This document shows, in pieces, positions 21,239 to 36,659 of a stretch of 64,000 nucleotides of DNA. How positions within the stretch are numbered: the first letter of the stretch is position 1; the number at the start of each line of letters is the position of its first letter. The position numbers and the translations under genes are program-made. This DNA is from Chlorokybus atmophyticus (taxonomy: Eukaryota; Plantae; Mesostigma and Chlorokybus algae): positions 133,104 to 197,103 of the forward strand of contig RHPI01002823.1 of the NCBI GenBank assembly GCA_009103225.1. Reading direction: 5' to 3'. The notes under the pieces were generated by a model. That model saw only the letters and a program-made list of their open reading frames with translations, searched no databases and was not told where the DNA came from.

Positions 21239-22660
21239 CTGTTGCTGCTGCTGCAATTGCTGCTGTTGCCTCTGCTGCAGACGCTGCTTCAACAGAAGCT
21301 GCTGTTGTTGCTGCAAGGCTTGCTGCTGATTGCTGCCTCCTTGCTGCAGCTGCTGCTGTTGCTGCTGCAGCGCTCGCAACTGCATCATGTTGCTAACATC
21401 TGTGGCCACAAGCAAGCACTATAAGCTGCAATTCGATGGTCAAGGCTGAAGTACCAGCCACAACCAAGTAATGCTCACTCGTGTTCAACAAGCCGTCTAC
21501 TCCAGTGCTGCCACCGCCTATGGCAGCACCCTTTGGTCCACTATTCCTTGATGTGGCCAAGTTCAGCGCTGCAGCATTGCTTCCCTACAAGCAGAGACAA
21601 CGCTATCAGCTGAGTATATCAGCCATGGCCAAAGAAGTCAAACACAATTGCATGGTCACGCACCTGTCTAGCTAGGGCTTGCTGCGGCATGTTTGGCTTA
21701 TTTGACAGCCCTGTATGACACTGTGTCAGTGCCAGTCATCATTACCCCACAACTTGACGGGGAAGACATCCCAACTTCAGCTGTGCAGCAGAAGCGTACC
21801 CGTCTGCAGGTTGCCACTAGGATCAACAAATGTGAGCCCACTGGCAGTGCTGGCGTTGGCGGGCTGCATGCCAGGGCCTGCAGCCTGAGACTGTAGCCGT
21901 GCCCCCTGTTGCTGTACAGCACCCTGTAGTCCAGCGCCTGTACATTTAACCGTTGCTTAAAGACTCCACATACAAGACAACGTGTGTTTACAAAACGAGC
22001 AGCTTCGATAAGCCAGAAACGTGCACCATGTCCAGTCATATCATGTCATGTGACATGTGATGTGACATATATGCATGAGGCAAACAGCGTGGTGCTCACT
22101 TGATGCTCCTGCCAGCATGGCTTGCTGTTGTTGCTGCTGCTGCGCACTGGCAATGGATGCCGCCTTTTGTTGCAGTTGCTGAAGCCGAGCTGTGATCTTG
22201 TCAAGGTATTCCTTCTGATTTGAGTAAAACTTGTTGTCAGCCAGACACCAACAACAAACAACTACAATGCTCCTTCACGTCAACCCTAACAGTACGGCTC
22301 ATCAGCTCTATCATTCTCTCAACCTTGGTAGTAGCGGTGTTGAAAGTTCGCTCTTCGTAGCGACTGGCAATCATGAACAGCTCCTTGACCTGATTGGGGT
22401 CTGAGACTTGCTGCGTCCGCTGAAGCACGGACACACTGCGAGGATAACCCAACAAGATACAAGGGCGGCAGTGAGCATGACCTTGCGGTGGTGCGAGCAA
22501 CACCAAGCAGCGCCATAGCATTCCGCAAAGCTGACTCCACACGCATTCTCACACACACCAGCCAAGTCTCAATCAGCCTTTCCAGCATTGCTTACATCTT
22601 GTTGATGACCTTGCGCCTGTCATCTACGGTCAGCTCGGACCGCCAGACGGCCGGATCCAT
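17753..22660 (-). CDS. MED15: Mediator subunit 15, plant type (KIX domain, polyQ regions, MED15 central and C-terminal domains)
   Basis: MDPAVWRSELTVDDRRKVINK...KELFMIASRYEERTFNTATTK (KIX). EELYWQKIEKMRNTYRADLVELY. LDRYDKQIATLV. ALLNECLEVAACLLDT...TVLLCRYTAVP. ARKSF...LATAWQDSMRRAV...GNW. Confidence 0.9.
19850..20260 (-). repeat. CAG/CAA (polyglutamine) tracts within MED15
   Basis: Uninterrupted run of ~40 Gln at ~20135-20260, plus Gln-rich segments. A second Gln-rich block lies at ~21170-21370. Confidence 0.95.
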
Positions 22661-22843
22661 GGAGGAGGGACGAGGCCGTCGTCTTCAGCTACTCACATCA
22701 GAATACAACTCCCAACCCAACAAGGCCAATTCTCCAGCAAAGCCGCCAACCACTACACCGCGGCCGCCGCCGCCTACGCCCACACCAGCAAGCACGGCGC
22801 GCACATGTGTAGGACAGTGTCAGAATGGCCTTTTAGCTTCGGA

Positions 22844-23090
22844 CCGATATCGGCGGTATCGAGGGAGTCTTGCCAGCCCCAATTAGCGTCGATATAAGTA
22901 TTTAGGCCGATGTCGAGTAGTATCCTCGTACGGCTCTTCGAGGCTTTGGCACGCACACTGCACCGATATCGCCGGTGTCCTATGCATAACGACGCCTCGT
23001 AGCCGGGGATTGCTGCCGGTGGGTAGGCTGCCACACAGACTTGAGGCCCCTGAGACCTCGATCTTGACGCTTGCCCGCGCGATATCGGCG
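22844..23090. promoter_or_regulatory. Three CGATATCG palindromes in the MED15/exostosin bidirectional promoter
   Basis: CGATATCG at 22845, 22964 and 23080 (119- and 116-bp spacing). Confidence 0.35.
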
Positions 23091-23193
23091 TCAAGCCTGG
23101 ACGCGTGGCGCATGCTGAAGAGGTTGAGATCAGAATTAGGGTTTGTTGGGAAAAAATTGAAGCAGTAGTGCAGTGGGTTGGTTGTGGGCGGGC

Positions 23194-26100
23194 ATGGCGC
23201 CAGTGGTGGCGGCGGTGGCGGCCACGGTATGGTTGTTGGCATCGGTGACCGTCTGGGTGGAAGGAGGAGTACCATTTGGTGAAAATCCCGTCCGTTTGGC
23301 GAACCCCTTGTTGGTGGTGCCTCATGAGGAGGAAACAGCTTGTCCAGGCGGCTGCGGCAGGGGAGTTTGCCACCTGGCGCTCCGCCGCTGCGATTGCCCT
23401 TACGGCTACGGAGGAGCCGATTGCGAGACGCAGCTGTTGCCTGCCTGCACTCTGCCTTCTGGAGAGGTATGGATGTGGCGAATCATAGTGAGAGTTGCTA
23501 CAGGCATTTGGGTTGGATGGTGTGATGGTATGCCTACAACCAGCTGCGTTTTGTACCACAACGTTAATAACGTTGGCAATGGCATCCGTATGCAATGTGA
23601 TGCATGCTTGTGCATGTGAATTAGTGGTTGCCAACAGTACGTGCTCTTGGCGAGGAGTCACGCAGTGAACAGTGCCTTCGATGTTCCATGCTGGGCTGGT
23701 CGCAAGATTATGTGTCGGAATTGTTGTTAGTAAATGAATGCATGTGGGTGCAAGCACATTGCAAAATGCGTGTCCATGCGTTTCGCTATGTGATTGGCAA
23801 CGACGGAGTGCATGTCTATGCGCATATGTGCGCTGCCTATGGGCTGTGCAGGCTGTGGTGAATATCAGGCCCATCCATACTATCTGCTAAGACGCTTTGC
23901 ACCGCAGGTTTTGTCGTGCCATGCTCTTGTATGGGGTAAACCTTGCGAGTGCCAACGGCAATGCAAGGCTCTGGGACGCACGCGCTGGCTCAACGACCAG
24001 CTCTGCTATGTTGACCCGCGTGTCAACCACTCTATTGGCACCGGGCCCTTCCCTCCAGAGGACTTTATTGCTGTACGATGGTACTCCCGGTAAGGTTGCA
24101 CATTACTATATCCGCAGGTTATTGCACAACCATGCTGCGTACGCAGCATTCAGTCTTGCAGTAGCTGCCTTTTGGATGTGGTAGCAGCTTAGATGTGTAA
24201 AATGCTATTGTTGGGTCCCAAGTACGGCGCATTCTGATTAGCTTTTCCACTGCTGCGTCACCAGCTTAGAGCCTGATGAAGTATTGGCCAGCATGGATGC
24301 TGTGCTTCGCGAGTTCAGGCCGCCTTCTCAATGCCCCAACCAGTGCTCGCATCGAGGGTGGTGCAGAGCGCACGGGCCTTGCGAGTGCTTCATTGGTTTT
24401 GGCGGCGCGTCTTGCGAGGTCGATCGCGATATCTACTGTCTCAACGGCTGCTCAAAGGCTGGGGTGTGCGACCGCGGGTTCTGCCGGTAACGGCCCTAGA
24501 GTATGGAGGGTCACACTCCAACATGCACAGGTGTTGGTCATGCGCGTCGGGACACAACTAGCACTGGCAGCTTGCAGTTGTTAGTCATGCGTGCTATCAA
24601 GTATGGCACTCTCATAAATGCCATCACATGCTGTGGTGCAACAGCGCTGAGTGTGGTGCATTGCAGATGTGACGTTGGTCGGTATGGAGTGGATTGCTCA
24701 TTACCACGGCCCCCAGCTTCTCGAAACATGCGCAATATGCCAAGGATATATGTTTATGAATACCCAGCACCTTTAGTGTCTTGGTATCTAACAGAAGACA
24801 TGTGGAAGTCAGACTTCAGCAAGTATCAGGTCAGCTCTCTCACACAAACCAGCAAATGCATGTGTATACTTGCTTCAGGCAAGCGTGTTGCCATTGTTGG
24901 GTAACAAGCTCACCTCCATTTTGTGCAGGTTGCTGGCATAATCTACGGCTCGTGGCGATCCTTGTATGAACAACTGCTGCACTCGCCAGCCCGTACAGAA
25001 GACCCAGAGGAGGCGGACTTCTTCTTCTTGCCGACTATGATACACCCCGTATCTAGCAACCTTGGGCCCTTTCAGTGGAGGTTGGAAGAAGTGATGAACT
25101 ACGCAAAAAGCAACTTCCCGTACTGGAATAGGAATGGGGGCAAAGACCACTTCTGGATCCAGCCGCAAGACGTGGGACCATGCCTCATCCCTCCCGAGCT
25201 GCGTGCCCCGATCATTCTTGGACATTTTGGACGCACCGTACCTTGCCAGCGCAGGTGTGCATCACTATTACTTGTCACAAAAACTCACTCGGTGCATGTA
25301 CTCTACATAATACATGCATCAAGTGTTGTTGAGTTGTGTGTGCTTTGCTGTACAGTGGCTCACCATGGGCGTGCATGGAGCCCAACAAGGACATTGTCAT
25401 ACCACCTGCCGTAAACGATGAGGCCATGAAAAGCATCTACCATCTACGGTCACCATTGGCTCGGCCGCCCATTCGCAACATCATGTTTAGTTTTGCTGGA
25501 GACTTCCGGGAAGGAGACTACTCAGACGGCGTCCGACAGGTTGGTACAAACATCTGGTTGGTTTTGCTTCTTCTCCTCTGTTTGCTCTTGGTAACGTTAA
25601 ATTGACTGATGTGTGCTGCAGGAGGTGAAGCGGCTGTTTGAGAAGGAGCCTGATTTTAAAGTGGTTAGGTGGAGCAATGATGCGGGTCTTGACATGAGGA
25701 CTTCATTGTTCTGTCTGGCGCCGACAGGCCATGGGTGGGGCATACGCCTGCCAATGGCGGTGCTGCAGGGCTGCATACCCGTCATCATACAGGATGACAC
25801 GATGCAGTACTTTGAGGACATTCTGCCGTATGAGGATTTCTCCTTGCGCGTTGCGCAAAAGGACATACCGAAGCTGCCGACCATACTGCGCGCCGTCCCG
25901 CCGGAAGAGATCGCACGCAAGCAGGTTAGTGTGGGAGGTTGGGTTGGGTTAGAATGGAATGGTTGCTTGTGTGTGCCGGCAGCCAGCACTTGTCAGGAGT
26001 GTTTGCGAGCTTGAAGTTTGAGCACAACCCACCTCGCTGCGCTCGTGTTGACATCTATCAACCCCTACGGCATCGTGCGCATTGTGTATATTGTGTGCAT

Positions 26101-26299
26101 GGTGTGTTGTTCGTACATTGTGTGCGTTGCACCTGGAGCTTAGCGCTCTGTACACATGCAGGCCATGCTAGCACGTGTGTGGCGATACTTCTTGTGGGAC
26201 AAGCCTGGCGTGGCCTTCCGTGCGACACTCTTCACGCTCGCCAAGCGCAAACAGCAGCTTGGTTTGGGCCCGCTGAAAGCGGACTTGGCTGCACAGTGA
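23194..26299 (+). CDS. Exostosin-family (GT47) glycosyltransferase with signal anchor and EGF-like repeats
   Basis: Hydrophobic N-terminus. EGF-like CPGGCGRGVC..CDCPYGYGGADC and CPNQCSHRGWC..CECFIGFGGASC. PRIYVYEYP. RTEDPEEADFFFLP. PYWNRNGGKDHFW-x2-PQDVG. SLFCLAPTGHGWGIRL-x2-AVLQGCIPVIIQD...LPYEDFS. Confidence 0.93.
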
Positions 26300-26609
26300 G
26301 TTTGCATGGAATAACATGTTGCGTAGCGACACTGTGGTTCCAATATGCTGTGTATAAGTGTATATGCATAAGCTGTGATTGCGTGTATTTGCAACTACAG
26401 TGCGGTTGAAGTTAACTGACATGTTGCAGCGTGTTGCACGCCTGTTTGGCAATAAGATAGTCCAATGTATCCGGTGTGACATGTGACATACTTGTGTGCA
26501 TACATGCGTCAGAGTGTTGCACATTGCCATATACATATACTATTGACACTAGCACTGCGTATGATGGATACCTTGCTCGCTATAAATCAGCAGTAGCTGT
26601 TTGAGGTAA

Positions 26610-28215
<1,606 letters not shown>

Positions 28216-28750
28216 GGCAACGGACTCAGCAAACAACTCACACTTACACTGCATCTCATCCGTTTAGCTGTGGAGTTTAAAGTCACGTGAGAGAGGGTGC
28301 AGCTCAGTTAGTTTGTGGCTGTGTTGCTTGAAGGCGACTGCGGTTAGGGGCGGCGGCGGCGGCGGCGGCGGAGGGGGAGAGGTGGTGGTGACTGGTTGGG
28401 ATGGGGGAGGGGAGGAGGTGACTGAGGTCATGGGTCGGAGGAAGGCGGTGGTGGGGCTGTGTGTGTGTGTGTGGCTGTGGGTTCGGCTGTCTCTGGCGGC
28501 ATGGACGGCGTCAACTGCCCTTGCTGCAGCCGCGGTGAGCAGCTGAACTTTATTTTTGCTAGCTTAAGCTTTGCTTTGGGATTGAATGAGTATACTGTTG
28601 ATCACTAGGGAGGATGTGTATTGGTATGACTCGAACACAGAACTTTCCTGATTGTCATGACAGTCAATGTTAGCTAGCTAGCTAGCACACGTGTTGGGTG
28701 CTAGTAGTTGTTGGTACCGTGTTACAGTTGCTGTTGCTGCCTTTTCTTTG

Positions 28751-31700
28751 ATGGTACCGGCTCTAGCACTCGTAACTGATATTGTTATGCGTCTAATACT
28801 GGTATTACTGTTGCTATCTTACAATTGTTATGGTATCATCACAAATGTGTCAGTCCAGTTGCAGCTGTTGGTGTCTTTCACTCTCTGGGCACTCAGTGCG
28901 TATCCCCTCGCAGGCCAGCATGTCAACACCAGTTCGTCCCATGATGAGCAGGTCAGTGTGGATACATGCCTCCCTTGTTCAAACGAAGGTCTAACTTGCA
29001 AGTGCACAACAAAACATACGCGTGTTGGGACGTATTTGCGTGCGTGCGCATAGTGGGAGGTGTTCTTGTGTATGTGTGTGTAGGACGGGGGGGGGGTACA
29101 TTCTGTGGACTTGTTGTGCATGTTTATGCGAGCAAATGCACCAGCATATGAGGAATGCTGTTGACACACACATGCATACGCACACGCACGCACACTCTAA
29201 ACTGGTTGTGCATGTTTACGCGTGCAGTTGCACCATAACAGGTACATGGTGTTGATGCACGCACGCACACGCATGCATGCGTACACGCACCCACACACAA
29301 ACCTTGGTACACACAACTCTCAACTTTTGCATGTTCACAACAACACAGGGCGTGTCCATACACGATGTGGGTTGAGAGCGTGTCCGATCCAACAACCTCC
29401 TCATCAGAAACCTATTCTCTTCCCGAAGTGATTTACTTAGACAACTCCACCACTTACTCCTTCCTGGTCAAGTTCAAGCCACTATTCAGTCAAGAAACCG
29501 CTTCATCACTCTTAACCGAGCTTCGCCCCTGCGATTCCCCGTTCGAACTGCTTTCCAGCTTGCAACTAACTGCTTCAGTGCAGCCACCTCAGGTCAGTCA
29601 CCTAACCGACTAGCTATCTTCCACCACCCTGGTTACCTGACTGACTTCAGCCCTGGCCCTTTGCAGTTTGTTGAGGTTAAGGTGGTGAGACGGTTGGATT
29701 TGCTGGAGATGGTGGCCGAGTTCTCAGTCACACTGACTGAGCTCGGTCAAGCGTGGGGCTTTGAAGTGGCGCCTGCGACCGCGATCACCTTGACTGCGGT
29801 TAGTCCGGCAGGCGGGGTTGAGGAGACGCTGGCTAACTTAACTGTTCTGAGCACGTGTGAGCCGGGACGTGGCCTCGCATTGGACCCCACTCTGACTACA
29901 TGCAGGCAAGCGCGCACACGCACACGCACACGCACACGCGCACACACGCACACTCACTCACTCACTCGGCACATGCACATATGGAGAGACATGCGTGCAC
30001 ACGAGTCGCAAGGTTGAGCTGATGCACGCACTCGAGGGCGGTGACTACATGCATGAGCGGTACGCATGTGCTCATACGTCACTCCACATCCAGCACATCC
30101 CTACAACCGCGTCCGAGAGCGCAACTGCACATGCATATGCATGCCCACACGCATGTGCATAGTATTATCACACACAGCCATACACGCGCATGCACACACA
30201 CACAACTCGCTTCACGTAACACCACAGCCAACTCCATCTCTCCCTTTCCCGACCAACAACAGTCCCAACTGCGCCACCAACGGCGCGGACATCTGCTGCT
30301 ACTTTGACGACATCTTGTCTCCCATCGCCTCCCTCACCCTCCACTCCCTCCCCCACTCCAACTACACTCTCCCCTACTCCCTCATCCCCGTCGCGACGGG
30401 CCCCTCACTATCGCACATGGCCGCGTTGTCCCCGCAAGAGAGCGCGCGGTTCGGGGACGGAGGGAGACGACCCATGTACGCGATCATAGGGTGTCCGGCG
30501 GAGTATGAGAGAGGGGTCGTGAGTGATGGTGCCGTGAGAGAGATGGGATGCAGCATCACGTTTGTCTGCTCGCAAGGTGCGCTTGGGCGTGCGTGTGGGT
30601 GCGGGTACATGCACGTGCGCGTGCGCGTGGGGTGTTTCTGTGCGTCCGCATGCATGGGGTCTGTGCATGTATGTGCGTGGTGTGGGTGTGTGAGTCAAGC
30701 ATGCGTGGGCGCGCGTGGGCGCGTGGGCTCGCAAGTGTTTCCATGCATGGGTGTGTGCTTGTGTGGGTGTGGTGCACGTGCGCCTGCGTGATCAGACTGC
30801 TCAACAGCTGCAGTGAAGCAGGTGGTAGTGTAGGGAAACTTGAAGCTTTCACCTACTGATTTGCAATACCGACATGGTCTCAACTCATCATGCAGTTCAT
30901 GCTTGACCTCCAGTTAAGCAATCACGTACTCAACATCCAAACAAGACAGGTAGGTCCAGCACTCATCCAAATGCAACCGACTCAAACCCACGACACCCAT
31001 AATCACTCCGTGCGTGCACTCTCGTCTCTAAAAACACTTACTCTCAGCTACTAACTGTACAATATCCAGGAGTTGTAACCTCTCTCTCTCTCTCTCGCTC
31101 TCTCTCTCAGGTTCTCCGTGCGCCGGCATCATCCCCCACTTCCCCCTCCCCCCCTCCCTCTTCATCGCCTTCGCCCTGTCTAGCCTCGACTCCTACTCGG
31201 AGTCGTACTGCACGCTGCGCGGGTCCGTCACAGTGCGGCTGTTCGGGACGCCGCCGTCGATCGGGGTGGCCGCCGCGCCCACGTTCTCGACGCTGGGAGG
31301 TGAGGGGGGGAGGGATGGAGTGGGTGGGTGGGTGGATGGGTGCTTGCTTGTGTGCCAGTGGGCGTGTGCATGCGTATGCTGTTGCTTGAATCCATGCGTG
31401 TGTCCATGGCTTCCATGCGGCATAGCCATACCGTCATGTGTTGGGGTAGTGTGTGCGTCAAGTGCGTCATGGTGTGATGATGATGGATACTATGCTTGAT
31501 GAACAGTCACTATAATGCCAATTGCGTGGCTAGCTACGAATCAATCAACCATGTCAACTACACCAAATACACCGGTACCGTTTGCACGACTGTTTACCAC
31601 GCGAGATTATCAAGTGGTGTATCAACCAGACGCTGCTGTTGTTGGACATTTCCCGTCGCATTTACAAATCTATGCGCTTGCGTACTCTACACAGGTCTGT

Positions 31701-31801
31701 TGTTGGTGAGTTTGGGCGTATTCGTGGTGTTGAAAATGATGCGGCCAGGGTTCAGGCAAGGGATCCACTTTGAGCTAATGGAAGCCAAGAAAGAAAATTG
31801 A
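28751..31801 (+). CDS. Hypothetical secreted/type-I membrane protein
   Basis: Signal-like MRLILVLLLLSYNCYG. Exons such as FVEVKVVRRLDLLEMVAEFSVTL...TCEPGRGLAL and NCATNGADICCYFDD...YAIIGCPAEYERG. C-terminal hydrophobic segment LLLVSLGVFVVL followed by KMMRPG...KKEN*. Confidence 0.55.
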
Positions 31802-33297
31802 TGCCATTCTGTGATTATCATATGCGTTACATAGTGTACAAACTACTGACACACCTTTCAACCAGATTACGTAGGTACGCACCAGTAGTACATAACCAAT
31901 GGTAGAGTTGCTCAAACAAGCAAACTCAGAGTTCAGCTCAATGCGGACAAAGCAAATGTATAAGCACACCAAGCACATCATGTACATAGGTGACAAAGCA
32001 TGTTGTGCCCGCCTAATGCTCGTGAACATTGATGTGTGAGATTGTATCACTTCGCTGATGTACACCTAATGCTATTATATTAAGCTCATCACAGCTTGTC
32101 ATAGGTGGGTCTGAAAAGACTAGGCTCTCCAGCCTTGTCGTTCCTGTCACAACACAAGCTTATCAGCGTCAACAGTTGCTAAGTTCAAATATTCGTACCA
32201 ACAAGTATACTACAGAAATGCTCATGTCACGCTTGCTCGCAACGCGCCCATGGTCATCATTTATTAACTGCCACCCACTCGCGCACTCACACTCTCATGC
32301 ACCCATTACTACCCTAAGTACTCGTGCACTCACAACCTCACACCCACACTGCCATCTTGGCATTATAATACTGCATCCACCTCGGTTGTTAAGCATCACC
32401 GTAATGATGACACTCACTCCGCATAATTGCACTACCTCAGTACCACATCATTGCCAAGGCCTACAAATTCAAAGCACGAACGCGGCATGCACTGCGTTGC
32501 ACGTAAAGAATGTGTGCGGATGCATGCTTGTTTATTGAGTGTACAAAAGGGGTGTGCTACTATGTGTGTATCTTGATGTATATGCATGCGCATAACATGT
32601 ATGATACAGGATATGGTACTAGTGCGTATGGCGCACCAGTCCAAATGCGCACACACAGACACACACAACAGCCAACCGACTATCACAGATACACCACCAA
32701 CTCCAGCCACACATACATCTCACCGTGTGTGCACGCCCGCTCTGTTTTGCACGGATAAAGGTGTTTAGCTGTTTGTGTGTGCTAGTTTGCATTCCGCATT
32801 CCGCATTCCACAACTTGGACAGGAGCTGCACAAACGTCATCCTCAATGAAGTGGCAAGGAACCCAACATGTACGTCACTAATGTGTACACACATTAGCTC
32901 ACAGTCACACTACTCGAATACCCTGTTAGTAATCGCAACTCCAGCCATACCATGCAAACCCTGTACATGTGACTCTGTTATGCAAATGCACACAAGACAC
33001 TTGTGTGCGTTTGCGTAAGAACCGTACCGCCCTTCACTCTGCTGATAGCGTTACATGCCAAGGTCACATGCATGCTGACGAGAGCACAACACACTTCCTC
33101 AACCACGCCTCCTCGTGCTACTGCACAGAGACGTTGCCGAAGGTGGCAATTGCCAGCAATGGTGAGCACTACATGCCATACGTCACTGAAGACACACGCA
33201 TCTGTATTTGTACCTGTCGATGTCTCAGTTGATAGTGACTGCAAGCGAGCGTTGAAACGTTTTTCCAGCTACAATCTCAACTGACGGGGATACTGAA

Positions 33298-35935
33298 TCA
33301 ACAACATAGGTTACATGCACTTGCGGACAACAATGGAGCGAGCGTGCTGGTATGTACGAGCATAGTAACTTGCCAGGTGTGAGGTCGGAGCGCACCATGA
33401 GTGCAGCCTTCGTGTTGGGGAAGTTTGCCAGGTCCTGCGTCATAAGTTATGCGGTGATGGTCACGTCGCTGGCGTACTTCGCACTGCCATACACGTACCG
33501 GAACGAGTCCGCTAAACTGTATATGTTGTCTGCAATTACACAGTATGTGAGCATTGCTGCGCGACTGCTGCACTGCTACCCACAACCAACATTGACTGCA
33601 CGTACTGCCACAGATGGCTATCTGCCACACTCCGGTGCCGGCAGTAAATGTGCTGGTGCCTGGCGTTGTTGCAGCAATGTCTGCCAACTGGAAGTTGACA
33701 GCTGTTTGCGGCGTTGGAGGTGGCGTTGGAGATGGTGGAGGCGATGGTATTGGCATTGGTAGCGGTGGAGACCGAGATGCTGGAGACTTTGACCACTTTG
33801 GTGGCGGCGGTGGAGGGGATGGTGGAGGCTTGGGTGGAGGCGGCGACCGCTTCGGAGGCGGTGGTGACCGCTTTGGTGGAGGCTTAGATGGAGGAGGTGA
33901 TGATGTGGGTGGAGGCGAGAAAGGGGGTCCAACTGTCTGGGGCACTACAGCGACCAGGGGTCAGATGACAACATGCGTATGTGTGCGCGCTGGAGCTTAC
34001 ACGTGTACACAGTACACCAGTGGAATCACAGAAGTGTGTGTGGGTGCGTAATGTATGTTTTCAGCAGAGCAGACGATGGGCCTTTTGCTGTCGCAGAGGT
34101 CATCATCCCAAGTGCCCGGATGATCGGGTGGCTGGTTGCCGTAGCCAACCATGAACACGCAGTATTTGTTACGGCTTGGGTATGTGTTGTCCGGCTCATA
34201 GAAGTTGTCGTTGTCAATCCACCAGTCCTGATATGACGCCTGAGAAATTGTGCCTGCAGATGTGGTGCATGAACACATATGTGATAGTGGAAGTTTCATG
34301 GTAGCAGTACAGAGCCAGCACAAGCCTACAACAAGACAAGATGATGCACGTGTGGCAGCTGCAAGCATAGTCAAAACGCAAACAAGGCCAACAACAGGCC
34401 TGTGACAGCAACAACCACGATAGCAACAATGGCAACAGCTACATCTCTTGCTCACCGTGCCCCAGGCGTGGCCACCCCATTTGAAGAGGTTGACGCGCGC
34501 TGGGCATTGTGCTTCAGTTGGGGGAGGACAAGGCAGAGCGTCCCACATCGCCGTCAATCTCAGAGTCACGAGACATGCCAATCCTAGATTGTGTTGTAAC
34601 ACGACATGCTCAATTCTTGTTGTGGCGCAGTAGTTACCACTTGCTGCAAGGAGCCAACAGGTTGTACCAGACGGTCATGTAGGGTTGAATCTGGTCGTAG
34701 ATGGTATTCCTCTCAGCCAGACTGAACATCTACGCGAGGGTCCCACCAATGCTTTCGCAGTGGAGTTGACCTTCGTTCCATGTGAACTGCTGGCTGTCGT
34801 CAACTGAGTAGTAGTCTCCCCTGCAAGCGTTTGTCACAGTTAGCTTCTGCGTCTTACACAAGGCAAGCACTCATATTCGCTCTCACTCACGTTGCTGCAT
34901 TAATGAAAGGGAAGCAGTAGCACGGCGTGTTGGGGTTGATGGCATCGACTGCAAGACAGCGCGCACCGTTGGAGTCCTGAGTAGGGCAGGCGCCTGCTTA
35001 CAAACACAACAACTGAAGTCAGCGAAGGGTGGTCGTGCAAAGACACACGCACAAACCAAACCAGTGACAACCACCTTTAGTGGGCAAGAAGTTAGCACTG
35101 AGCAGCATGAACAACAAGCTGGTCCATACAATACAAAGACCTGCTTGCCACCATGAACCCATGACGGTCTATCTGCTGGAGACAACCTACGGACAAACTC
35201 ACCAAATGCAGTGGCAGCGCATGCAGCTCTTACCAGGTTATGCAGCGTGAGTGCTCACAATAAGTGACAGACGACTATAAGCTGTCAGCGTGGGCCGCAT
35301 ATAATATCTGTGCTTGCCTGACTGGCAGGAAGTGACCGGCGTCAACGCATTTACAGGCATTAGTGATGATCACGCATTCACAAACTACCACATGCGGCTA
35401 CCGCTTGGCAGGCTGATTGCTAGCTGAACACTGGTCCTGGCGTGTTCTGCACTCAGTTCTGCCGTACAACGGAGCTGGTGATTGCTTGTATAAGCCGCAA
35501 TGGGGCGAATGACAAGGCGACGACAATGGTACTTCCCAAGACGACAAAGCTGCTGAAACACACACTCTGGTGCTAAACTACCAGCCCTGCCAAGCCAGTC
35601 ACCTGAGCTAATGGCATGACCAGACGCAAGTCTTGCTGCGACAGATTGTGGACTTTGCCAAATGCCACTGCCGTAGCTTTGTCTCTACACCTGCTATGTC
35701 ACTCAAGCACAAAGCAGCTCCCGTGTGACATGACTGACCACTTCACACCCAATCTTCCCTGATTTGACATGTTGCGTACCTCAGGAGACATGCTTTCCCA
35801 GCAGCACGCTATTAGGAGAGCGGCAAGCAGTGGAGCGCTGACTACCGCCTGCTCCGAACAGGGCGTCAGCCTGGCCATGGCCGGCCGCCTCCTCCTCGTC
35901 CGCCTCCATCTAGACCTAGCATACTCTGCGCTCAT
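33298..35935 (-). CDS. C-type lectin domain + Ser/Pro-rich (HRGP/extensin-like) cell-wall protein; ends uncertain
   Basis: FTWNEGQLHCESIGGTLA, WIGM, WWIDNDNFYEPDN..KYCVFM..GTWDDDLCDSKRPIVC (C-type lectin). SPPPPK repeats at ~33730-33940. Probable signal-like N-terminus near 35878-35935. Confidence 0.75.
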
Positions 35936-36659
35936 AGCTAGGCACGAGAGCAGCGTTGTGTAAGCTGAATGCTATGAAGCTGGCTCGCAGGCCTACACTT
36001 AAATCCTAATCATCCTTGGACGACATGGATGGAGGCATGTATGGTGGAACCATGATGGTGCACCATGCATGATCAGCGAGAAAACGACATCCTGGTGATG
36101 CTGGGCAACATGCTAATGGCACACAGTATTCTTAAATGCCTAAGAAATCATGTGGTCTTACGCCGCTCAGTAGGTAACCTGATTTACGTAATACGGCAGA
36201 TGTATGCTGCGTGACAATCATGACACGTGTCTTGTCACAACAGGGCGCATTGCCTGATCATGCCGTAGCGTTGCCCCTGCCAACCTGCCAGGTGCTAAAG
36301 TAAGAAAGTCGCAATTTGCTTCAGGGGATAAGAGATGACTACATTGAGGGAGGGGGGCTTACTAAGGCGATAGGGTTTCGGCGCACGTTGCGATGGATGA
36401 GAATGGGGGGCAGGTGGCAGATTGTCGCCGCTGCCACGTGGCGGTATGAGCGCGGCTTCGGCGGCGGTGGCGGCGACGGTGATCAGAAAGAAGAGGTAAG
36501 AAGGGGCGCTGGCGGGGTGGGGCGGGGAGAGAGGGGAGGCCTGGCTGCTTGTTGACGAGTGTGTGTGCCTGCCTTGCCAGAATCCAGAGTGAGGGTTTAG
36601 GCTTTACCAAGCACAAGGCGTCCACAACTACCGCCTCTTCCGGCTTGTCGTCCTCAGGC

